Source: Lytechinus pictus (Eukaryota). From it: 64,000 nucleotides of DNA. A model generated the notes under the pieces. The model had not been told where the DNA came from and searched no databases. It saw only the letters and a program-made list of their open reading frames with translations. The DNA lies in assembly GCF_037042905.1 (NCBI RefSeq), contig NC_087250.1, positions 14,944,001-15,008,000 of the forward strand, in the 5' to 3' direction. Below, piece by piece: positions 13,625 to 24,705 of this stretch. A program made the position numbers and the translations under genes. Every line of letters begins with the position of its first letter. Within the stretch, counting starts at the first letter, position 1.

Positions 13625-14424
13625 AGTACCGGTATGCCGGCGCTCGGCGCAGCCACCCCGGCCGGGCCGGGCAGTGTCAGTGCACGAAATCTAAAGCCAA
13701 AGGCAAGCAAGCTACGCCTACGGTACGTAGCTGCAAGCCGCGCTCCGAAAAGAAAATCTTAGAAAATGGTAATCTAACTTACTGTTTGGTCTACTGCGAA
13801 TGCCTTCGAAGTCGTTGTCCAAATCTGACCCGTGTTCTTAAAGTAGTAGAACTATTATTAACGGCCATCTTCGTCGCACTAAATTCTCGATCCAAAATAC
13901 TGCAACATTAACGGCGAAAAACGGGCGCATACCTTTTTCAAATGATTGCCGCTTGCCAGTTGCGCTGCATGCAGTGCAGCGCGCATGCGCAGGCCCGACG
14001 CCCGGCGAATTAATTCTGCGGATCATGACTTTTTTAAAGGGGGTGAGCCCGGGGGTGGGGGGGGGGGGGGGTGAGTTTTAAAATAGATATAAACTTCTTT
14101 GATATTATTTTAAGCTTCCTCTTGTTTGGTTTGGTTGGCAACCAGTTAAGAAATTATTATTTTTGCCACTGCTTTTGAAGCTTAATTTTTTTCTTTGAAG
14201 AATGATATACTTTACCTAAAAAAAAAAATTCTGTACTATTTTTTTAGTTTTACTTTTCCTTTTCTAAGTAGAAATAGCCTTGCTAACATGGCAAGGTTGA
14301 AAAAATGGCAAAATAGTATGTGGCTTTGAAATTAAACTTGTAAATTTCCTCGTCGTTGATTGGTATAAATAAATGATGTCATAATCACGTCATAATGTGG
14401 TCATATGAAAACGCTAATTTCTTT

Positions 14425-16132
14425 CCCAGGACCAAAATCCAATTGAAACCAGTTGGATTTCCAACTGGTTTCAATTGGTTTCAATTGGTTTTAACTGGTT
14501 TCAATTGGTCTTAACTGGAATTTAATAATTTCCAGTTGAAACCAATTGAAACCAGTTGGGCAACTGGAAATCCTAACTAGAACCAGTTGGGTAACTGGAA
14601 ATGACTTCCAATTGGAAATGATTTCTAACTGGAACCAGTTGAGTAACTGGAAATCCCAACTGGAACCAGTTGGGCAACTGGAAATCCTAACTGGAACCAG
14701 TTGGGTAACTGGAAATGACTTCCAATTGGAAATGATTTCTAACTGGAACCAGTTGAGTAACTGGAAATCCCAACTGGAACCAGTTGGGCAACTGGGAATC
14801 CTAACTGGAACCAGTTGGGTAACTGGAAATGACTTCCAATTGGAAATGATTTTTAACTGGAACCAGTTGAGTAACTGGAAATCCCAACTGGAACCAGTTG
14901 GGCAACTGGAAATCCTAACTGGAACCAGTTGGGTAACTGGAAATGACTTCCAATTGGAAATGATTTCTAACTGGAACCAGTTGAGTAACTGGAAATCCCA
15001 ACTGGAACCAGTTGGGCAACTGGAAATCCTAACTGGAACCAGTTGGGTAACTGGAAATGACTTCCAATTGGAAATGATTTCTAACTGGAACCAGTTGAGT
15101 AACTGGAAATCCCAACTGGAACCAGTTGGGCAACTGGAAATCCTAACTGGAACCAGTTGGGTAACTGGAAATGACTTCCACTTGGAAATGATTTCTAACT
15201 GGAACCAGTTGAGTAACTGGAAATCCAAACTGGAACCAGTTGGGCAACTGGAAATCCTAACTGGAACCAGTTGGGTAACTGGAAATGATTTCCAATTGGT
15301 TTCCAATTGGAAATTTTCCAGTTACCCAACTGGATCCAATTGAAACCAGTTAATTTGCATATTATCTGCCAGTGTGCACAGATTAATGTTTTATGAGATT
15401 CATCATCATTAACAATGTATCTATTTTTCTCTTTTCAATTACAAGTACCACACTTTTTAAAGATAAGTATTTAGAATACTTTGCAGTGAAAACCATGTTC
15501 ATAAATGTTATAGATTATAATTAAAACAGATTAAAGGATAATTAGTACACCACTAACTGTTACCAAATTACATGAAATGAAAATACATATATTTGAAGAT
15601 CTTCCATATAAATATATGTACATATGAAAGTCTGTATTTTATCAATGCCCTTTACATTGGTATCAATAGACATATAACATTGCTTCTGTGTTGGCATGAG
15701 CAATAGTTAGTGCAAATGCTAATTAATTTGTAACTAATTAAGTTAATTCCAACTGGAAGTTCCAATTGGATCCAGTTGGAAACCAATTGGTTTCAACTGG
15801 TTCCAGTTGAAACCAGTTGCCTCCAATTGGTTTCAACTGGAACCAATTGAAACCAGTTGCCTCCAATTGGATTCAACTGGTTTTAATAGGGAAATTGGAA
15901 CAACTGGAACCAATTGACACAAATTGCCAACTGGTTCCAGTTGCTCAATTGGTTTTAACTGGAACCAATTGGCAACTGGTTTTCAATTGGAACCAATTGG
16001 TTTTAACTGGAACCAATTGGCAACTGGTTTTCGATTGGAACCAGTTGTTCCAATTTCCCTATTGAAACCAGTTGGCCAACTGGTTTCAATTGGTTTTACT
16101 CTAATTGGTTTTAACTGGATTTTGGTCCTGGG
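14425..16132. mobile_element. Nested 1.7-kb CCC...GGG/2-bp-TSD non-autonomous element with internal satellite
   Basis: TIR CCCAGGACCAAAATCCA / TGGATTTTGGTCCTGGG, TT TSD, AACTGG/CCAGTT subterminal arrays; interrupts one subterminal repeat of the 9.4-kb element. Confidence 0.88.
14548..15300. repeat. 114-bp tandem repeat, about 6.5 near-identical copies
   Basis: gggcaactggaaatcct recurs at 14558, 14672 and onward; explains the 38-aa periodic ORFs on both strands. Confidence 0.95.
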
Positions 16133-16537
16133 TTGTCGTTGTTTGGTAAATAAATGATGTCATAATCACGTCATAATGTGGTCATATAAAAATGCTAATT
16201 TATTTGTCGCAGATGGGTCAATAAATGACGTCGTAATCACGTCATAACCTGGTCATATAAGAAAGCAAATTTACTTGTCGTAAATTGGTCAGTAAATGAC
16301 GTCGTAATCACGTCATAATTTGGTCCAATAAAAAAACAAATTTACTTGTCGTAAATTGGTCAGTAAATGACGTCGTAATCACGTCATAGTCTGGTCAAAT
16401 AAAAATGCAAAAGAAAGTTGCCATTCTAAGTCGTCAAAATGACGTCGTAAGAACGTCATAAATACGACGACATGACGAGTATTACCACTTTACGATCAGT
16501 TAATGACGTCATTACGACCGTGTCTGCTATCAGGGTT

Positions 16538-17903
16538 GTTGTCAAATCTGTAAAATTGAAAAATTGTATAATTCAGTCAATATAAAACAAAAGAAGTAGT
16601 GAGTGAGTGACATCATCGACTCTCTCATTTTCATGTCACTATATAAGTTGTGCATATATAACTGTTTTATGAAAAATGAGCGAAACTTAAAAATGCCATA
16701 ACTTAATTTTGTTTTACATCCGATTTTGATCAAATTTTCAGCAAGTATGCTATAATTTGATTATATTCCAATTAACATTTTTCTGGGGTGGACTTTACCT
16801 TTAAAGGACGGCCATCCCAACAAAAAAGTTGATTCGAATAAAAAGATAAAAATCCAACTAGCATAACTCTGAAAATTTAATCAAAATCTGATATAAAATA
16901 AGACTCGTCATGACATTTTAAAATTTTGCTTAATTTTACAAAACAGTTATCCTGGTCGGTATGATCGATATGCAAATGAGGAGACTGTGACGTCAAGCAT
17001 CCACTCACTATAATGAAATATTCTATTTTTCTCCTCATTGTCAAGTGAAACAACGAATTCTTCCCTATAACCCGTGGTTTATATGGTTCAGTCAAGTTAA
17101 TTGGTCTTAATTATTGTCAAATATGTAAAAAATAAAATATTGTATAATTCACACAACAAAAATAAAACAAAAGAAATAGAAAGTGAAGGACATCATCGAT
17201 CTGCCTCATTTGCATATGTCACTGAATTGTGCATATACATCACTATTTTGTGAAAAATAAGCGAAACTTTAAAATTTCTTATTTTACCGATTTTGAGGAA
17301 ATTTTCAGCGTTATGCTATAGTTGGATTTTTCTCTATTTTTTTAAAATGTTATATCACGATTCACTTTTCTCCCCGGACTCCTTTAAGGTCAAGTCCACC
17401 CCAGAAAAATGTTGATTTCAATAAATACAGAAAAATCAAAGTACTAGTATAGCATATAATAGAAAATTTCATCCAAATCGGATGTAAAATACTAAGTTAT
17501 ATGACATTTCAAAGTTTCGCTTATTTTTCACAAAACATTGATATGCACAAAACAGTGACATGCAAATGAGATTGTCGATGATGTCCCTCACTCACTATTT
17601 CTTTTGTTTTTTATTGTTTGAATTATACAATATTTCATATATAAAGGACCAACTTAAATGAACCATAATGTTATTCCACATGTTCAGGGAAGAATTACCA
17701 TTGTTTCGCTTGACAATGAGGAGAAAATTAGAACATTTCACATTTCAAAGAAATAGTGAGTGGATGACGCGGGATGACGTCATCAGCAAAACATTAAAAT
17801 TTTATTTTACATCCGATTTTGATGAAATTTTTAGTGTTATGCTTGTTGGATTTTTCTCTTTTTATTCAAATCAATTTTTTGTTGGGGTGGACTTGTCCTA
17901 TAA
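16538..17903. mobile_element. Three abutting copies of one TTAA-site MITE family (aggtcaagtccacccc...ggggtggacttg)
   Basis: Copies share TTAA junctions at 16801-16804 and 17384-17387; other members at about 47005-47528 and 53840-53977. Confidence 0.8.
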
Positions 17904-18263
17904 ATAATGCAGGATTTACTGATGGTTTACTGCCGAGATAATCCATGGCTCAAACTTAGATACATTTTTTTCACAACTTTAATTTGAGATAATTATTTTG
18001 ATTTAATTTCATCAAAATAATATATGCAAATGCACCAGGTAATGACTGTTCCATTTTCTCTCCGAATCAGTATTTATTCATTTCTGTATCAAATATTTTA
18101 TTCCCCTGTTTATTTATTTATTTATTTTTTTTAAATAAATATCTTTATTTTATTTTGATAAATGATCAGCACTCAAATTGGCCACATGCGATACCTTATT
18201 CGTACGTATACACAAGTTGCTAAGTTTTTCTCATTCATCTTTTGCTGTATCACGTTGAAAAGG

Positions 18264-18311
18264 ATGGCCACCACAAATCTTGAAGATAAGTCAATTTGGG
18301 AGGATGGAGAG
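18264..18311 (+). CDS. PSMC3: 26S proteasome regulatory ATPase Rpt5 (subunit 6A), exon 1 (MATTNLEDKSIWEDGE)
   Basis: aggATGG start; peptide resembles invertebrate Rpt5 N-termini; phase-0 donor GAG|GTAAAT matches the phase-0 exon at 28989. Confidence 0.85.
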
Positions 18312-21300
18312 GTAAATTGATTTTTAAATATGCTGTAATGTTACCCATTATATTTGCGTATGAATTTCTGTTGTTTTGGTGCAGGAATCTTTTGTCAAAG
18401 AAAACGAATTTGCCTCTTTCAGACAGTCTCTATGACTATGGCTCTGCTCTGCTCTGCACAGCTAGCCACAGGCTGCCACGCACAGGGCATTTTCTCCGGC
18501 GCGGCCGGCCTGGCCTGGCAAGCCGCGCTGCTCCGCTGCCTCCGCTCCGCGCCGTACATATTACTAGATCAATCAGAGACAGAGTTGGGAGGAGCTCCCG
18601 CAAGTCCGGCGAATACGGTAGAATGCTTGCTTCGGCGGTGACGGATCTCCTTCGCCAAGCTACGAGAGCCCAAGCTATATCATTATCAATTTCATTTTTA
18701 AACCAGAATTCATTTAATAAATGAGAAAAATATGATAAAAGGAGAAAACTTGCCGTGATTTAAATATGTCTCCATCTTGTTCTCTTTTTTTTTCTTTGTT
18801 TTTCGCAGTAGGGCCTACAACAGTTACAAGACGATTATCTAAAGTACTATATTAAAAACTAAATTGGTCCTGCACTGTACTATAATATAGGTATGTGACA
18901 AAAAAAATGAAAATCATCAAATATGAATAAATTTGGTATCACTTGAATTATAGGGTGGACAAATTGAAATCCTAAAATTTTTATTTGAACGTCTTCACAT
19001 TTTTATTTACAATGACATGAAAGAGAAAACAAAATCAAAGCAAACATACCAACTCCCAGTTCCAAAGGTTTCCAAAAAGTGAAGATATTAAGTGTCAAAC
19101 TATGGCCTTTGTGAGACCAGAAAGGGACAGAGATAACCGATTCAGCCCCCTAACTTCCCTGAAGCTAGTTGTCACGTAAAATGGTCGATGAATAGCTAGT
19201 TTCGAACGACCTCCTTAAATTAATATTCAATTTTAAATTTGCCGCTGCAGCCCGGCTCGTAGTCTGTGGTAGCTTGTGCACGAGACGTTATTTACGAAAA
19301 ATGCATTCTAAAAAGTAAAACTCTCCCCATAAATAGAAATTTACGATTTACTTTAAAAATAAACGATGATTCATATTTCATACCTATAAAATGATGATCA
19401 TTTGACATATCCGACTTCTAGATCATGTTTTTGGTGGAAGTTATTTCCATCTTTTCTTCTCCGTCAGAACTCCGAACGTAGCCACGGACATGCCACGGCC
19501 AGCGCACCCGGTACTGATGCACTGCCTATACGGTACTAGACGACCGGCCTTAGCCACAGTCATGACATGCCGTTGCCAATTTTAGGATATTATTTTTAGT
19601 AATTATAAATATTTTTTTCCCCCTTTTTTAAACGTAACAGCCATTAAAAATAAATGAATCTAGTTTACTTTTATTTTTTACATAATATTTATAATACTGA
19701 TTAGCCTCATTACACCTCATTTTTATTTCATCAGCAACATGTCCTGAAACTTGCTTCCAATTCCCACTGTACAATTTTTTTTAGTACTCACCTAGTAAAA
19801 CTTAAAAACTTGGCACGTGCCGATAACTTCTTCCAATCCAGGTCCTTGGCCATTGATTAAATGTATTATCACGTCGAAATTTTGAAAAAAAATGAAAAAA
19901 TGAACTTCTTGAAACGAATCATGCAAATAATTAATGTTATGTATTCTGGAAAATGTACTGATCAAACTAATATAATAAATAGAACTTGTGATGAGTGCTC
20001 CTTTTACCGGAAAATTATAAAAAACTGAACAAATTTGCGCTCTTCTATCTAAGTTGCGGAGATCCATGATGAGAAATGCCAGACGAGTTGGGTCTTGTTT
20101 TCATCGTTAAAGTTTGAAAGTTCATTTATTAATGGGGGTGACTTGAACACATCGGTAAAAGTATCAGTAGAAACAAACATAATTTACCTCTATATCATAA
20201 ACATTAATTTTACCTCTAAATCATAAACATCCATAACAATATAGCACTGTATCAAACATATCAATTATTTCAGTTTTATGGTTAGAATACTCTTTTATGT
20301 TTGAGTGGAATTTCCCCATTTACAAGTTCAAGTTACTCTGTGCCCTTTGGTTCACGGTCATGAAACCCGTTCTTATTTTCATTTCATTCATCAAATCAAA
20401 TACGATACGGTGCAGTGCAACACGTGCAACAATGCCTGCTGTGGCGTATTGCAAAGATATCAATGTCTTTATGACATTAAAGGCATATTCTTTTGTTTAT
20501 CATATCAAATGCAGCAGTTTTTGTCTCCACGAAGATATATATTTATTCTTTTACTCCAACGAGGAAGCTGCCCAGGTGGAATGGTGGAGCTGGTGCAAGT
20601 TCATCACAGAAGATACGCCCAGATTTGCATACCTCTAGGTAACAATTTACACCCCCCCCCCAAAAAAAAAAAAAAATAGAAAATAAAATATAAAAAATGA
20701 GTCAAGCAGAGTAAAAGCAACAGTGGAAAATCTTTGATAAAGGCAAGTAGAAAAAGTAATAAAAACAGGTCTAAACAAATAACAATTATATCTATTTTTT
20801 TAGAGCTAAATTATAAAAATAACTTTTTAGTTTAAATAACAGTTTCATTGTATTATCAGCAATTTAATCCCAGATATTCCCCCCCCCTATATCTCTCACG
20901 CTCTCTCATCCTCTCTGAATTTTATTTCTTCAAATAGAATGTTGAAGCCCATCGATCAAGCTTTGAATTTCTGCGTCAATCAGGGGAATTCCCTGGGTCT
21001 CTTGACAGGCTTGGGGTCGAACATGTGCCATTTGATCTCTCGCATGCGGTCTTTCCATTCAAGTTGTGGAAAATTCCATTCATAAATAATTTAGACTAAT
21101 ATCCAGTCTTTTATTTTTTTCATTCGATTGATTTTCCTCACTTTACATGGCAGCGACTGTATTTCTCTTAATATTTAAAAAAAAAGGACTGTTTTTTAGA
21201 CTAGACGTAAAAGTCAAGCGTCGCGCCACGCTACCGATTCATCAATATTCATGAGGAATCGTAACCACGTGATCGAAAAGATCGTCGGAAACGTGAATAT

Positions 21301-24300
21301 TCAACAGCACTGGATGACGTCATTTTTAGTTTTTTGCTTGGGAATCCAAAACCCTGATAGGTATTGGCATGAAACCAACAGGAATAACACTAGAATACGA
21401 TTTTCTAACGACCATATAATGTGCAGCTCAAAAAATGCACGGGATCATATTTTTTTTTAGTTTTTTCATCATTATTTCTGGATTGAGGGGGCGGGGCCTA
21501 TGTACTTTTGACGTCAGAATCTCTATCAAAAGTTCTTTCGCTGAAGTTAGCCCACATTTTTCATAGACTTACCAGTTGCCAATCCCAAGCAATTTAATGA
21601 TCAAAATGTGGAAAAACACGGTCACTTCCGCATTGGTCTCGCCGTGCGTTTAGAGAGAAAACTCGGGAGGAATTGGGTACAAAATCCACTGAAATCTTCG
21701 GCATCGGCCAGTTTTTAGATAACGAACGATAATAGTAGGGACAAGTATAGTATTTGTGAGTATGAGTGTTGTTTTTATCTTGAAGATGTTAAGATTTATA
21801 TTTTTAAAAGATTTTTTATTGTATTTATCGTGTTTTCATTTTGCATCAACATTGGCAAAGATACTTTGACATTGGGACCATTTGCGAGCTGCGGCTTCCT
21901 CGCAGGCAGTGTCGCGGGTTCCAGGATGCTCGTTGTCCTCCCTACTTGAAAGCTCTTAAAAAGACCTTTAAAATGATACCAAGAACTTTGATTTTCATCA
22001 AGAAATTATAAAGTTATTCCAGTTTAAGTCGCACATATTCATCCAAATTTGTGGTCATTGTCTTAATGTAAAGTCAATGGAGTACAGAACCGATTTTTGT
22101 GACCATTTTGTGACCATTTTGAACCCAAGTCTTCAACAGGCTCTAACTTCTTTGTTTTTTAGCCCTATGAAGTAATTTAGGTATCAATGGAAAGGTGAGA
22201 GAAGGCTCATTTGATGTGTATCAATTCATCTTGTAATTTTTCTTATTATATGTAAAATAATTTCTTCTAATTAATTCTAATTAATTATGCAAATAACAGA
22301 AAATCACAATTACTGGCCTCTTTTTTTTTGCCAAATGAAGGTGATTATGATAGATAATTCATATAATTTAGTTGGCATCAAAACAGCATCATGTAGATAA
22401 TTTCCTAATGAATTTGTCTAAAGTATTGTTTTTGTAATTTCTAATGTATTTCTTTGTTTTTCTGATATAAATTACAAGCTCTTTTTCAACTTAGTATTGT
22501 AATTTTGTATATAAAAAAATTCTTTTGTACTTTGTATGACCAAATAAAAATATGTGTGCTTTTTTCTGATGTATTTGATTGTTTCACCAATTTCTTATGT
22601 ATTCTATTGTTTCAACAATTTGTTATAATATGTAGCTTTTGATTTGAGAGACAATGGACATGTGATTACATTTTTTTAGAAGGAATGAGCAGCTGAGTGT
22701 AAAATATGTATGTAGAATTGTATGCAATTTATTTCAAGTATCAAGAAGGACGAAAATGAAGTTTTAATATATTCTATCAGTATCAGTTGTCAATTTCTTA
22801 GATTTGTATACATACATTGTATTACAAAGGCCCTGTTTGAGCTCTCTTTTTAAAGAAAAATAAATAAATTCAAATTATTAGTCAAAGCCAAAAGAAAAGG
22901 AAAAGAGTGGTCTATTTCTTTCAAAACAAAACAAAAAACAACCAGGAAAAATATATAACAAAGCTTTAAACAACAACAAAACAGACATCAAAGCTCCAAA
23001 CAAGCACTAAAAACAAGAGAAACAAAAGTGACACAAAAACTTGTACCAATCCCATCCCCATTTTCCAATTCAAAACACAACCCCCACCTGCACCCCTAAA
23101 AAAAGAAAAGTGAATAAAAAATAAATAGTACAATTAATAATAAAGAAAACATAAATACAGGAGTTAGACCCATCTGGAAATGAAATATCCTTTCCTCTGA
23201 GTTTTCATGTATTTTCTCATAAGAGTGAAAAAATTACAAAAATAAAAAATAAACAACATCTAGTTCGTGCATTTTAATAAAAAAGTCAACATTTATGATA
23301 TTCCCCTTTCAAAAGCAAATCCAGTCTCAAAATAATGAAACATGATTGAAAAGTTTCAAAATATTTTTTTTTTCTACAAAAGAAAAAAAAGAAACACTAT
23401 AGATTTTGCATTTTAATTTAATAAGTCAACATTAATATTCCACTTCCAAAAGAATCCAGTTTCCAAATGATAAAACATGATTGAACAATCAAAGTAAAAC
23501 ATGTTCATGTTGACTCTATAACCTTAGGAGGAAAGTTTTTGTGACAAAATGTATATATTTAAATCAATATCAGAATAACCATCTATGGTATAATGACAGA
23601 CATTTTCAGAAAAAGGCACAATATTATCAAGTGAAAAATTTAGATCCAGTTCAATCCAGCATGAACGACTCACTATCGACCACTCCTGTCACCAAGCCCT
23701 CCGCATCGGTTACCGGTAGCTCGACTGCCGAAAGACCGTCGGGAGCCCACCGCATCGGGCAGCTCGACTGCCGAGAGACCGGCTGTGACAAGGGTAGCTC
23801 GCGTCTCTTATATCTGGACTGCTCCACGATAGAATCTTTTTATTTGACTTTTTTTTTCAATTTGAATATATCTATAACAATAAGGATACATAATTGGATC
23901 GTAGTTCTACTTACCATAAAAAAAATTCGATCATTTGTGCATCCAAAAATTTGATGAACTTTCAAGCTCCGATATCCCCACTTCACAGGCGAGTATCCAC
24001 ATTGAAACTTTATATGTACAGAAAGAGCAAGTTTTCAACTGTCTGTATCAAGGCACGAGATTGCATCAACTATGTGCGCATGCGCATGAAACCCCATTTT
24101 CGATGAGCCGCCCAGACAGAGGTGATGCCACTTGCAGCAAAACCCGCGCGAAAACCGTGCAGCCAAAACCAGCGCTCGCGATGCGCCTGTATTCGCACAT
24201 ACCTATACATCCATAGGCCTATATAGAAAAAAAGAAAGAAAAGAAATATACAGGAAGAAGTGAGAAAGAAAATATTACAGATGCAATGATGTAGGTCATC

Positions 24301-24705
24301 TTTTGTAGGTTGGAAAAGAAAGGCCAAGGTTGCAATAAAATGAAATATAATTATAAAAAAAACAGAAAAAGAAAAGAATGAGAGAGAGGAGCCTGAACTA
24401 AGTAGAAGAAAGACATGAAAGAACTAAGATAGAAGAAAAGTGAAAAAAAAACTGGAAAGAAAAGGAAAAGCTTATCGAAAAGAAAAGGAAACAAATTCAT
24501 GACAAAGTTGTCATTTTCTTACACTTTTTTTAAAATCTACACACAAAGATAATAATTCTGGCCAAACTTGATGCATCATGAACTTCCTTGTCACTTTGCA
24601 GCAGATATAGTTGGGCATCTCTTCTCAGTCAAAAACATGTTAGGTGGTTTGTCTCATGAAAATAATACCAGTGTCCTGTAACACAAACGCTAGCAATCAT
24701 CATAT

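Larger units (their letters stand above)
7153..16535. mobile_element. 9.4-kb non-autonomous DNA transposon with CCC...GGG termini and 2-bp TSD (EnSpm/CACTA-like)
   Basis: TIR CCCTGATAGCAGA at 7153 and TCTGCTATCAGGG ending 16535; TT on both flanks; GACGTC-rich subterminal arrays at both ends. Excision restores the host MITE sequence aagttggccc-tt-gttgtcaaatctg. Confidence 0.85.

Noticed and set aside
14491..15343. 271-aa and 265-aa ORFs on opposite strands with 38-aa repeats; also a CRISPR-like look
   Set aside because: Product of a stop-free 114-bp tandem repeat inside a MITE; units are identical with no unique spacers, and the DNA is eukaryotic.
18296..18724. 142-aa ORF in GC-rich sequence
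   Set aside because: Starts in PSMC3 exon 1 at a non-ATG codon in another frame and runs into intron 1; no recognisable domain.
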